Positions 37,692 through 48,588 of a stretch of DNA of 51,129 nt are shown here, in pieces. A program made the position numbers and the translations under genes. The stretch comes from a virus (lineage: Duplodnaviria; Caudoviricetes). The stretch is taken from IMG/VR virus record IMGVR_UViG_3300007965_000005, positions 1-51,129 of that record; one strand, written 5' to 3'. The notes below the pieces were generated by a model, which did not search any database, was not told where the DNA came from, and saw nothing but the letters and a program-made list of their open reading frames with translations. How positions within the stretch are numbered: position 1 is the first letter of the stretch; every line of letters begins with the position of its first letter.

Positions 37692-39389
37692 ATGGCCAAA
37701 TACCAATCACCGAACATAGCCGCTAAGCTGCCGGAACCTGCCATCGAGAATCCGCAACACGTCCTGCCTGAGCCGATAGTAGGCGGGATTTCGCAGATTC
37801 TGGCCGACTGTTTCCATCCTGACGAATTCGTTGCCATCGCTCCAGCCCATGAAAATGAGGACGGCGAGATTGTGCCACGCAGCGGCGTCACCCTGAAGGC
37901 GGCGGAATGGCAGGCGCGGGTTGCGGCCAAAGGCGGCATCGAGAAGATATTCAGCACGAAGCACGGGCTTTTCATGCGGATCAATCCGATGATCAAGGAC
38001 GGTTTCAAGAATGCAGACGTGACTTCGTTCCGTCATGCGTTGATCGAGTTTGACCGTGACGGCGACGGTAAACCGATTCTCAAGGCAGACCAGTATCAAG
38101 CCATCGTTGCCAGCGGTATGCCGGTTTCCGCCTTGATCGACTCGGCCAACAAAAGCCTGCACGCATGGATTCGGGTCGATGCTCCGAACGAAGCCGAATA
38201 CAAGCGCCGGATCGCCATCATCTGGAAATGGTTTGCGTGCATGAACCTCGACACCCAGAACCGCAATCCATCACGACTGTCCCGCTGTCCTGATGGTCGC
38301 TGCACCGTGGATGGCGAAGTCCGGCATCAACGCCTGTTAGCCGCTGGTTTCGGCGCTGAGAACTGGAATGCGTGGGAGCTTGGCAACTCCGACTTGGACA
38401 AACCGCCATTTGTGGACCTTGCGGAAATCATTGCGGGCGACTGCGAACCGGAGCGCCCGACCGTTGCGGATGTCGGGATCGGCACGGGCATGTTGTATGC
38501 CGGTCGAATCAACGAGATCCACGGCGAACCGGGAACGGGCAAGAGCAACGTCGCCATCGCCTTGAGCAACGCCGTCATGCGGAATGGTGACACGGTCCTC
38601 TACATTGACCCTGAGGACAATCCTCGTGGCTTCACGCGTCGCGCCCTCCAATTGGGAGCCGCTGCCGATGACCTGATACACCGCTGCAAATACCTGCACA
38701 ATCCAACGCCTGACGAGATCATGTCTGCCCAGCGATGGTCGGCCAAGCATCACCCGCAGCTTGTCGTGCTCGATGGTCTTGCCGAAAGCATGGCGGCTGA
38801 AGGACTGGTCGAAGACAAGGCGGGCGACGTGCTGACATTCTTTCGCGACAGACTCAGACCGTTCGCTGAAATCGCTGGTGCGGCTGTGCTGGTATCTGAC
38901 CACGTTGCCAAAAGCTCCGAAGATCGCGGGCGATGGTCTCGCGGGTCCGGTGCCAAACTCGGACGCTATGACGGCGCAAGCTACAATCTCAGCCTAATTG
39001 AAGCCTATTCGCCAGGGCGTGCAGGTGCAGTAAGGTTGACCATCGCCAAGGACCGCAATGGTGGCGCTGGCCCAACGGGACATGACATCGCCGAGGTTCA
39101 TTTCGCGCCGGGTGACGGAAATCTAACGATAGTCACGTTCCGCAAACCCGAACAGCAGGGACCTTTACACCGCTCGGATGCGGTCATCGTCAGGATCGTG
39201 TCTCTTCTCTCATCCCAGGGTGAAGCCACCAAGCGCGAGCTTCGATCCTTGGGCAAATCGCAGGCGGTCGATCAAGCCATTCGTCTGCTGACCGAAGAGG
39301 GTCGCGTTCTCTATGCCAAACGAGGATGCAGCCACGTTTATTCGCTCAGGGCAAAATGCACCTATCAGCTTCGTAAAAAAGCTTCATGA
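37692..39389 (+). CDS. Primase-like domain fused to RecA-type (AAA_25-like) helicase
   Basis: LIEFD, SANKSLHAW, NPSRLSRCP; GEPGTGKS, LVVLDGL, DHVAK, RGSGAK. Confidence 0.8.
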   Translation: MAKYQSPNIAAKLPEPAIENPQHVLPEPIVGGISQILADCFHPDEFVAIAPAHENEDGEIVPRSGVTLKAAEWQARVAAKGGIEKIFSTKHGLFMRINPMIKDGFKNADVTSFRHALIEFDRDGDGKPILKADQYQAIVASGMPVSALIDSANKSLHAWIRVDAPNEAEYKRRIAIIWKWFACMNLDTQNRNPSRLSRCPDGRCTVDGEVRHQRLLAAGFGAENWNAWELGNSDLDKPPFVDLAEIIAGDCEPERPTVADVGIGTGMLYAGRINEIHGEPGTGKSNVAIALSNAVMRNGDTVLYIDPEDNPRGFTRRALQLGAAADDLIHRCKYLHNPTPDEIMSAQRWSAKHHPQLVVLDGLAESMAAEGLVEDKAGDVLTFFRDRLRPFAEIAGAAVLVSDHVAKSSEDRGRWSRGSGAKLGRYDGASYNLSLIEAYSPGRAGAVRLTIAKDRNGGAGPTGHDIAEVHFAPGDGNLTIVTFRKPEQQGPLHRSDAVIVRIVSLLSSQGEATKRELRSLGKSQAVDQAIRLLTEEGRVLYAKRGCSHVYSLRAKCTYQLRKKAS

Positions 39390-39396
39390 GCCGCAA

Positions 39397-39554
39397 GTGT
39401 GTTCCGTGTTCCAAGCGTGTTCCTGCGCGTTCTAAAATCTGGAAAAAGAAAGCGTGTTCCGTGTTCCTCCCCCTAAGGGGGAACACGGCAAACACGCTAA
39501 TTCTGACATCATATCAAAGCCTCAAATCGGACCAAATCAGGCCAAGCGTGTTCC
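39397..39554. repeat. GTGTTCC iterons and inverted repeat, probable replication origin
   Basis: Direct copies at 39399, 39406, 39417, 39454, 39461, 39548; inverted at 39480; directly after the rep gene. Confidence 0.65.
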
Positions 39555-39918
39555 TGACGCCATACACCTACCAGTTGAACATGAGTTCCGCATGGAAGCC
39601 ACAGGATCATGACCGACTTCGTTGCAAGTTCCATCGATGAAACCCATGCGGAACTTGATGCGAAACTGGCACCTGAGACAGAGATTGCCGCCACTTGCCG
39701 GAAGGAATCTGTTAGTGGGAAGAACAGCTTTCGGGGATGTCCCGACCCTCGTCCATTTCCCGTGAAATATTACTTTTTCGATTTCCCACATAACGCAGGT
39801 CCGGCGACGGGTCATTGAAGGTCGTTCCGTCAGGCAATCAGGCTCCGTTAGGCTGCCGGATGCATGCGGATTCCGGCAATCTGTCGCGCCGACCTGAGCT
39901 ACGCAAAAGGCCGAAAAC

Positions 39919-39970
39919 GTGGGAAGTCTTCCCACTTTTTGCAAGCCTGCTTCCCACTCCTGCTTCCCAC
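39919..39970. repeat. GTGGGAAG-T-CTTCCCAC palindrome plus CTGCTTCCCAC repeats
   Basis: Palindrome 39919-39935; repeats at 39947 and 39960. Confidence 0.55.
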
Positions 39971-40050
39971 CTCATCGCGGTCCGGCGCACACGCAAAAAG
40001 ACAACGAAAGCCATGGACATAACCAATCAGACTGGCAGATGAGGGATGCC

Positions 40051-40773
40051 ATGACAACCGAATCTAACAAACCGAAATCACAATCCGACATCCTTGATAA
40101 AATCCGCAAGTTGCTGAGACTTGCCGACACGTCACGCGGAGCCACCGAGAACGAAGCGAAGGTCGCACTGGCCAAAGCTCAGGAACTCATGACCCGCCAT
40201 AACATCGACTCCGCACTGCTCCGCATGGAACGCGGCGAGACTGGCGGCGGTTCGTTCACCGTCAACAAGGGCAAGGTCGATCTGCCCAAGACCCTCAACC
40301 CGGCAGACCTGATGATCCTCTCGCTGCTCCAGTCGCATTTCAACGTGAAGACGATCCTGATGCCAAGCGGCAAGGGAACGCCAGTGGACATCATCGGTGC
40401 CGCCGCCGACATCGACTTTGCCATCTATGCGTTCAACTACCTGCGGCAGACGTTCTTCCGCTGTTGGAACGAGTTCAAGCGGACGCGGACGAATCCCGAC
40501 AAGGCATCCTACTACCGGGGTCTCCGTGATGGCCTGAACGCTGAACTCAAGGCGGCGAAGGAACGGGCCGAGCAAGCCTACGCAGCCGACCAGCGCCAGG
40601 CATACGGACTGGTAGTCGTGGATCAGACGGCGGCAATCACCCGCTTCGTCGAGGAAAACTACGGCAAGCTCCGCAACCGCAACACCCGCGCCCGCCGCGT
40701 GGATTCCGGCAGCTACTACGCCGGGGAAACCAAGGGCCGCACCATCCAGATCAACCGCCCGCTGCCTCAGTGA
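40051..40773 (+). CDS. DUF2786-domain phage protein
   Basis: ILDKIRKLLRLA...ENEAKVALAKAQELMTRHNI. Confidence 0.8.
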   Translation: MTTESNKPKSQSDILDKIRKLLRLADTSRGATENEAKVALAKAQELMTRHNIDSALLRMERGETGGGSFTVNKGKVDLPKTLNPADLMILSLLQSHFNVKTILMPSGKGTPVDIIGAAADIDFAIYAFNYLRQTFFRCWNEFKRTRTNPDKASYYRGLRDGLNAELKAAKERAEQAYAADQRQAYGLVVVDQTAAITRFVEENYGKLRNRNTRARRVDSGSYYAGETKGRTIQINRPLPQ

Positions 40774-40812
40774 AACACTCTCCCCCAAACCAAACACCAA
40801 CCAACTGAAACC

Positions 40813-41262
40813 ATGGACAAACTATACTGGATCGCCTGCGACGACAAAGACACCACGCTCTTTGAAGGTCGTTATCAAGGCCGCACCCGTGGCGGCGCGC
40901 TGAAGTTCCTCAAGGAACAGATCGGCCGCAGGAACCTGAACGGACTGGTTTTCACCATCACGGAAATCCCGGTGCCGCTGATCCGCGAAATCGTCGCCGA
41001 AATCCTCGGCGGCAATCTTCCCGCGACACCGCCGCCGGTCGAGGAAACACCGGTCGAACCTGAACCAGAGACACCGTTCGAAAAACCGGCACCCGTCGCC
41101 AGCGATGGCAGACCCGGCAATCCTGGTTTCGGGGACGACCTTTGGGCACAGGCCCACGCCTATTGGGAGGAATGCCGCTGCATCCGCAAGACCGCCGAAC
41201 ACTTCGGGCTGTCTCAGAATTCCGTGAAAACCCGCGCACGCCGCGAGGGATGGCGCAAATGA
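40813..41262 (+). CDS. HTH protein, paralogue of 678..1172
   Basis: Identical N-terminus, different linker. Confidence 0.75.
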   Translation: MDKLYWIACDDKDTTLFEGRYQGRTRGGALKFLKEQIGRRNLNGLVFTITEIPVPLIREIVAEILGGNLPATPPPVEETPVEPEPETPFEKPAPVASDGRPGNPGFGDDLWAQAHAYWEECRCIRKTAEHFGLSQNSVKTRARREGWRK

Positions 41263-41477
41263 AGGTCGAAGTCACCAAATACCGGAAGCGCGACGGCTGG
41301 CCCACCCGCTATTGGGCGGTGTTCGTGAATGGCGATCTGCTCGCCGTCACGCTCTACCGCAAGGGGGCGCTGGCCGTCGCTGCGGCTCTCACCGACATGA
41401 ATGACGCTCGCCCTGTCCTGACCCGTGACGGGCAGTGCGAGCCGTCACCGGGGACGGTGCCGCAATCCGAGGCATAG
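41259..41477 (+). CDS. Small hypothetical protein
   Basis: Near-identical to 1169..1387. Confidence 0.65.
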   Translation: MKVEVTKYRKRDGWPTRYWAVFVNGDLLAVTLYRKGALAVAAALTDMNDARPVLTRDGQCEPSPGTVPQSEA

Positions 41478-41518
41478 CAGAAAAAACCGACGATTCGTTG
41501 ACACCGGGTGCATAGGTG

Positions 41519-42157
41519 ATGAACACAATCACAGCACCCCAGTTCGATTCATTCCGCGCCCTCGTTTCCCACGCCGAAACTCTGCACGCGGAACTATCCA
41601 CCCTTACCGACGCAACCAAACAGCTTGAGGACATCAAGACCCGCATCGGTGAATGCCGCGATGAGGACGAGGCACGCCAGCTTTTGTCCGAAATGCGGAA
41701 CGCCGAGGAACTCGTCGTCATCAAACAGATCCGCGGCAAACGCCTCACCGTCGATCTCGAAACCCTCCTTGCCGATGCCGAGAAAGCCCGTCAGGCAGCC
41801 CAGTCGGAAGCCGGTGCGGTGCTTCGCCAGGCTCCGCAACAAGTCATCCATGCGATCAGCGAACTGGTTGAGTCCTGTCGCCATGAGAGCCGCAAGCCCC
41901 GTGACCCGCGCTCGCTCGATGACGTGATCCAGACCTTCGTGCCGATGGCTGTTGCGAATCGCCTGGACGAATGCATTCGTTCATCCACCCGCCTTTACTG
42001 CCAGGATAACGATCCGATTTCCCGCAAGCTCGAAGTCCTCCAGCAATCCGTTGCCTACCTGCAACGCTTCCACGATGGCCGCAACGAACTGGCTGCCGAA
42101 TCTGCCCGTCTGGTCGCCGCCTGCGCCGCTTTCCGCAAAGCCTACGCCAAACACTGA
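41519..42157 (+). CDS. Helical hypothetical protein
   Basis: Diverged homologue of 1431..2069. Confidence 0.75.
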   Translation: MNTITAPQFDSFRALVSHAETLHAELSTLTDATKQLEDIKTRIGECRDEDEARQLLSEMRNAEELVVIKQIRGKRLTVDLETLLADAEKARQAAQSEAGAVLRQAPQQVIHAISELVESCRHESRKPRDPRSLDDVIQTFVPMAVANRLDECIRSSTRLYCQDNDPISRKLEVLQQSVAYLQRFHDGRNELAAESARLVAACAAFRKAYAKH

Positions 42158-42163
42158 GCCGCC

Positions 42164-42673
42164 ATGCTTCCGGAATCCGACACTCGCATTGCGGCGTTCC
42201 GCCAGACGGTCGAAAACCTCGCCTCAATACCTGGCATCTTGGACACACTGGGCATCACGCTTGCCCGCGCCGACGAGTTGCCAGGCCTGATCGCAAAGGC
42301 ATCCTATCCATTGGACCTCCAGTGGCTTCAAGAGGAACAGGCCGCCAGCGGACATCCCATGACTCTGCGTATCCGACAGGTTCAACTGGAAAACGAATTG
42401 CGGCTGGGACTGGCCAACATCGGCGATTCCCTGCGGGCGGCGATTGATGCCGCGAGGACACACGTCACCACGGCTGCCGGTGGCGCGGAGGCCGTTCAAC
42501 GATCCCAGCTCGCTTGCCGCCACCTGAGCCTGCTGGCACGCTACAGCAGCCCGCTGCCAGCGACGGAAACCATCAGGCTCCGCCTCGGGCTGCTAGCGGC
42601 GGCATGGCAGGCGATAGACGCGGCCATCGGCTGTTTGAACGAAATCAGATTTGATGCGCAACACGGCGCATGA
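42164..42673 (+). CDS. Hypothetical protein
   Basis: Homologue of 2090..2599. Confidence 0.7.
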   Translation: MLPESDTRIAAFRQTVENLASIPGILDTLGITLARADELPGLIAKASYPLDLQWLQEEQAASGHPMTLRIRQVQLENELRLGLANIGDSLRAAIDAARTHVTTAAGGAEAVQRSQLACRHLSLLARYSSPLPATETIRLRLGLLAAAWQAIDAAIGCLNEIRFDAQHGA

Positions 42674-42699
42674 TTTGCGGACAGAATATCCTTGTCGCA

Positions 42700-42878
42700 C
42701 TATGCCGTCTGACATGGAATGCCACCGTCCGCTCCGGTGGATGAGGACTTAGAAACCTCACAATAAGCGGTCGGCATCGACCGCAACGATGCCGCCAAAC
42801 CGACCGAAAGGCCGGGGGGGCGGCGGCGCATGTCCAGGCTGCTCTCTACGGGGAAAGGCTAAAGGCCGTTGCGGCCGA
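42700..42878 (+). ncRNA. Candidate structured RNA, copy C
   Basis: Same hairpins as 2625-2805 with compensatory substitutions; UCCG and GAAA loops. Confidence 0.6.
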
Positions 42879-42933
42879 CTTATTGCGGCTTTCTAACTCC
42901 CCGTCCACCTGGAAGGACATCATCCGCCTTCCC

Positions 42934-43833
42934 ATGAAATCATCATTACGAATCATCCCGGTCCTGTTCGCTGCCGCCACTTTGGCGCATTCTCAGGACG
43001 AACTCAGTTCGGCGACCCTTGAGACCGCACCCTCTCTGGAATCTCCCACCACCGCCCGGATTCTCGGCGAAATCCCGGACGGCACGCCACCGCCGCCCGC
43101 ACCGCCAAAGCCCGAATATCAGGTTGCCGCTCGGGATGTTCTCTCCACCACCACCCACGAACAGGGTGGTCGCACGATCACGATCCGGGAAATCAAGCCC
43201 ATTGCCCTGCCACCTCCGCCCCCGCCTGCGGAAATCACCCTTGCCGAACCGGACGCGGAATTCAGCCAGCGCCTCGCCGAATACCGTGAGAACCATCCGA
43301 AGAACGAGCTGCTTTTCCTTGGTGCCACCGTTTTCCGCTCCAAGGACAGTCCACCGCGCACGCTGGTCCGCTGGTGGCCGATGGGAGGCACCGGAACCAT
43401 CACTTTTTGGTCCTCCGCTGACTTCGCCCTGATCGCCGGTGGCATCAACAACTTCGCCGACACCGCAGGCGACACCCACGCCATGCTGATGGGCTGGGGC
43501 AACGTGGACCTCGACCGGATGAGCGACCTCTACGCCGCAAAAGGTCTTGAATACGAGGCGCCGGACCTGCCCGACTTCCCTGCGGGCAAGGCCACCTTTG
43601 AAATAGCCGGCGACACTAAGCCCACGGCCGAGGAGATGGCTGTCATCCAGTCGCTGCATGACCTTTACAACACCGAACTGGAACGGCTCAAAACCGCATA
43701 TGAGGGCCGCGAACAAGCCCGCGTCGAACGCGAGGCATATCTCAAGGCCAATCCGCCACAGCCCAAGGACATCACTCTCAACTTCTGGCGTAAGGAAAAG
43801 CCCGCAACCAACGAGAAAGGAGCGTCCAAGTGA
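42934..43833 (+). CDS. Secreted Pro-rich partner protein
   Basis: Signal peptide; close paralogue of 2861..3763. Confidence 0.8.
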   Translation: MKSSLRIIPVLFAAATLAHSQDELSSATLETAPSLESPTTARILGEIPDGTPPPPAPPKPEYQVAARDVLSTTTHEQGGRTITIREIKPIALPPPPPPAEITLAEPDAEFSQRLAEYRENHPKNELLFLGATVFRSKDSPPRTLVRWWPMGGTGTITFWSSADFALIAGGINNFADTAGDTHAMLMGWGNVDLDRMSDLYAAKGLEYEAPDLPDFPAGKATFEIAGDTKPTAEEMAVIQSLHDLYNTELERLKTAYEGREQARVEREAYLKANPPQPKDITLNFWRKEKPATNEKGASK

Positions 43834-46800
43834 AGCGCTTTCTTCTCTCAGCTCTTTGCTCTCTGCTTCCGGCTTTTCCTGCCCTCGCCATTCTCGACAC
43901 CAACAACAACGGCGTCAGTGATCTATGGGAGCGGGAACATAACGCCGGAGAACTGTTTCTCCAGAACTTCGATCCCCAAGCCGACTACGACTCCGACGGC
44001 TGGACCAACGCACAGGAAGCCGCCGCGGGCACCGATCTTTTCGAGCCGAATCCGCCCGACGGCATGATCCAGCCCGTCACCGCCCACGTCCCAGCGGTGT
44101 GGAGCGAACCGGACGAAAACAACGAGGTCTATCAGATCAGCCCGGAATCCGTCACCGTTACTTGACCGACCCTGGCCGGAAAGCAATACACGCTCTTTTA
44201 TTCGCCCGATCTCACGGCGGATAGCTGGCTGCCGGTGGGTGATCCATTCGTCGCAACCGGCGGCGAGGTCACCTACGGTTTTCCCATCAGCCAGACAGAA
44301 AAGTGTTTTTGGCGTGTCGCGGCGACAGACACGGACACTGACAGCGACGGGTTAACGGATGCCGAGGAACGTCAAATCGGCAGCAGTCAGTACCTTTCAG
44401 ACACGGATGGCGACGGAATCGACGACTCTGAAGCGTTGGCATCCGGCTTGGACCCCTCCGGCAGCGGGAGCGATTCGGACGGCGATGGGATACCTGACAA
44501 CGAGTTTTACTCGGTGGTTTTCGAGGTTCAGGAAGAATATCACTCCATTCCCTTTAGCGTCGGCTTCGAATCGTACGAAAGCAGCGACACCACCCATCGG
44601 TACTACACGATGAAAAACACCGAAATCTATTCGGTAGCCGACTCCCCCAGTTACACGGATGTCACGGACGGACAGCACGTCAGAACCTCAACTTATCTGG
44701 TCAACGGGCAAATCCCCGATAACGGCCAGCCCGTCATTTCCGAGGAAGGGGTCTTTTTCAGCGACTGGAAGGGAGCTCACTCACAAAATCTTGGTGAAAA
44801 TGAAATGGTTCACCGTCAAGCCACCGTTAGATCCGTTGCCGGCCCTACCATCACAGGGACACAGTTCAAGGTTGTCACTACCGATACGACGCCTTGGACA
44901 GTCACAGATGACGGCGTTGTCGTGCGCAGCGGAACCGAAGTCATTACGATCACCGATCAAACCGACTTGTGCGATGAGACCACTTACCAGCAGTTCTGGA
45001 CCAATCACGTCAAAGCAAGACCCTGGCAGGAGTTGCAGCCATATGAGTGCGGCCCCCTTGAGTCCATGGATTTCCTGCGTGCGATTTTCGGTGACGCCGA
45101 GGCGGCTGAAATGATCAGGAACCAGTTTCTCGACAACGGATTTAGCATCTTTGGGACAATTTCGGATCCCGGCCGAACATTCGCCGATCACGGCTCGGAC
45201 ATACGGATCAAAAGCCTTCGCTGGCGTTGGGTCCGTTTCAATCCCCAAAGTCCCTTCGGCTACGAATATGCCACGCCTCCCGCCTCCCTCAATCGGACCT
45301 TTCACCTGCTCGTCTCTCAGCATGATTACCTCGGCCCGTATCTCACGAGCGGTGGTTCCGAACTCGATGAAACGACCACCAAGGGCATCGCGGAAATCAA
45401 ATGCAACGCGAACGAAGGCTCCAGTTATTGGCAAACCGTTCCACTCACCAAGTTCGATCCCTACAAGCTCGAAGATCCCACCGTTCTCAACAACATGGAC
45501 TTTTCCAAAGTTGGGTGGTCTCGTGTGTCGTTCGACAACCTGCCAGCGGAGATCATTCCTAACGGAGATTCAGTCGTCTCGGCGGACGATCATTCCATCA
45601 GCATGGTTTTCCAAATGGAGAACGGTTTGGAGGATTCCACCATTCAATGGCAAATCGAGAGTGGTAGTGGCGGAAGTCTGAGCGAGGCTGAAACCCAAAT
45701 CAAAGACGGTTTGACAGCCGTGACCCTCAATACTTCGACCGTCAAGGGGGCCAAGTACGTCCTCAAAGCCCGCATCAAGACAATCGGCCCGGAGGGTGAG
45801 GACATCAGCGAAGCATCGCCGTGGATTAAATCCCCCGAAGTCGAAGTCATTGCGGGGAAACCCTACACTTTTGAGTTCACGACGACCAAGAGTAGCTACC
45901 TATCCGACGGCACGGATACCTCTGTAATCACCGCCACCATCAAGGATCAATACGGCAACCTCGTTGAAGACGACACATCTGTCAGCTGGGCGGTCGGACA
46001 GAGCCCGACTCCCCCCTTCGATGCTTTGGACGATCATACCGTCGATGGCATCGCCAAGGCTGTTTTGCATGCCCCGTTGATACCCGACGATCAGGTCGTG
46101 TATTGCTGTGCCGGAGACAAACAAGACAGTGTCACCGTTACGGTTGAGGCCGTCACCGGTACGATCTCCGGCACCGTCAGCTTGGACATCGGTGCTGGCG
46201 AACAATCGACGATCACGGTCAACACGGACGCGGCAGACGGCACGCCGGTTTATTGGACATCCTCAAATGGGAAAATCACTTCGCAGTCCACCGTCGCTGG
46301 TGGAGCGGCGACAGCCAGCCTAGACGCCGCGAACGGGCAATTGGGAACCGTTGTCGTCACGGCCAGCGTCGGTGACCACCTTTTCTACACGGGGGGGGGC
46401 TTTACCTCATCATCTGGTCTTGCGATTGGCGCGGACCACCCTGTCTTGATGGCGGGTGCGACCGCCGACGGAGTGCACACTCCCAACTACCCGCACGGAC
46501 TTGCCCGCTCAATTCCCTATTGGGCAAGCACTCCGGTCAGGATCAAGGGTCGGCCAGACGGAGTCGTGAACCTCAACATCGCGGCATCCTTACCGCTGGC
46601 ATCGTGGGCCTTCGATCAGGTGGAGCAGAACATCACCCCATCGGGCGACGGTCTTCATGGCATGACCATTGCCAATGCCACCATTGACGGGGAGACATGG
46701 CTATCAGGGGATGGCTCGCTCGCGCTTGATGGAACCGGATCGGGCAGCATCCCGGACAGCAGCACATTCCATTTCACCGATCAATTCAACGCCTCGATCT

Positions 46801-48560
46801 GGTTGCGACCCAGTCAAGCCTCAGCTGCAACACTCGCCGCCAAAGTCGGTTCTTGGCAAATCAACCAACTTGCCGACGGAAGCATCCAGGCAAGTGTCAT
46901 CACTGGGACGGATATCTACACGGTCGCGACGGACGGACCGGTTCCAACCGACAAGTGGACTCGTCTGGAAGTCGACTTCCGTTTTGACCGTCTTCAAATC
47001 AAACTGGATGACCAAGTTTCCGCGCAAACAGTCACTTCGGGAACGCTGTCGATTACAAACAATCCCATTGTGGTCGGAACCGGGTTTCAAGGAAATCTGG
47101 ATGCCCTCTCATTCCGCTCCGAGGGTGTTGCCGCATCCCTTGCCAGCTTCACCGGTCTTGGTGCTGACAATTCCTTACAACTAGATGCAAATGGCGAAGG
47201 TGTTTTCACCATCACAGGCACAGGAAATGCGAATGGCGGAGACTCAATTCACATTTCCATCAGCGCCGCCCAAAGCGGGCAGAGCGCCGGCCAAATGGCT
47301 TTCTCATCTCCACTCGACAATCCGGATGTCGCGGAAGCCATCGTGGACTTCGCCGATGCGGTCCACTGGGACGCCTGCTACGACACGGTAATGTCCTTCG
47401 TCGGTGGGGATCCCCAAACCACCCAGGGAACCGTCTCAAGCATCGCGGGCAGCATGTGCGTCGTGGGGGACGTCGGCTCCTGTGCCAAGAACCTGTGGCG
47501 GATGACCGCGTGGTCTGATACGAAGCCCAATTACGTCGAGCTCAGCCTCGGCGGTCTCGGAATCCTCACAACGTTTCCGGAAGCGACTGGAGCAGGAGCC
47601 GCCGTCGATGCGGGAATGGCGTCTCTCAAGGTGCTCGCCCAAAGATTCGGGAGCAGTCCGATAGCCAGAAAGTTCCTCACCGTCTTCATCGAGCAGATCA
47701 AGAACGCGGTTGTCCTTTCTGGAAAGTTTGGGGAGGCGGAAGTCAAGTTTCTTGCCAAGATGGTGACGGACATTCCCGTCGCCGATGCCTTCAAGCTCTT
47801 CCTGCATGACGAGGGTCTTGCCAAGGCTGCCATCCGCGCCACCGAGAAACTGGGCGACAACGCCGAGTCTTTCTATCAGGCAACGCGAAGGGCAGTGGCA
47901 TCCCATGGAGAGGAAGCTGCCAAGAAATTCGTGCAGGCATTCGAAGGACTGGGTGACGAGGCGTTCGATGCCCTGAAAAATGCCCCGGCGGGTGAGCTGG
48001 ACGATGCCTTCGACGGCCTCGCGAAAGTAGCTAACAAGGGCATCGCGCCTTTCAGTCTCAAGCGAATTCTGGACAATCCTCATCTATATGGCTCCGCGTA
48101 TAAACGGACCAACTTGCTCAAGGATCTCGGAGAACTGGCGGAGGTTCCGGGCATGAACTTGCTCGTGGATGCGCTCAAAAGCGCCAACAACAAGGGGTTC
48201 CGCTACGAACTCGAAGGCGCGGCTTGGTTGAAACGCTCTGGCAAGATCGTGGAACGATTGACCAAACAAATTGATGGAACCGACATTGATGTGGTCGTTC
48301 TCGAAGGCACCAATCTAATATACTATCAATTCAAGCGAAGCAACAAAGCGTTCTACAGCGGCAGCAAGAATACCGCTGAGGCTCTCAAATTAGCGCAGGC
48401 ATGGGTGGCAAAGGCCATGAGGAATCTTGGCGAGGAAGCTACCTACGCGCAAATCCGTTACGCAACTGATGCATCCGTCACGGTTCCAAGGAAGATTTTG
48501 GACTGGTTTAACTCACTCGATCCCGTGATCGTTGTCGAACGGATTCCTCATCTTGATTGA
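43830..48560 (+). pseudogene. Polymorphic-toxin-like secreted protein (Ig-like, LamG-like, pre-toxin-like, PD-(D/E)xK nuclease-like tip) interrupted by one in-frame TGA at 44163-44165
   Basis: ORFs 43830..44165 and 44235..48560 share a frame; VTVT*PTLAGKQY versus VTVTWPTLAGKQY; ITATIKDQYGN; GFRYELE..TDIDVV..YYQFK. Confidence 0.75.
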
Positions 48561-48588
48561 ATCAAATAATCCAAAATGGATGTGTACA

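Larger units (their letters stand above)
1408..41521. promoter_or_regulatory. Dispersed GTTGAC(A/G) motif 13-19 nt upstream of start codons (21 sites)
   Basis: TTGAC at 1409, 10627, 13261, 16412, 18291, 19965, 20783, 22234, 23342, 23795, 25289, 27065, 30433, 32005, 33094, 35129, 36936, 37025, 41498 (+) and 33605, 34926 (-), each followed by ATG/GTG of a gene. Confidence 0.85.

Noticed and set aside
39397-39554. CRISPR array
   Set aside because: 7-bp units with irregular spacing, no spacers and no cas genes
44163-44165. Stop-codon reassignment (TGA or TAG read as Trp)
   Set aside because: Only two isolated cases with different stops; many genes end in TGA with ATGA coupling, so code 11 fits
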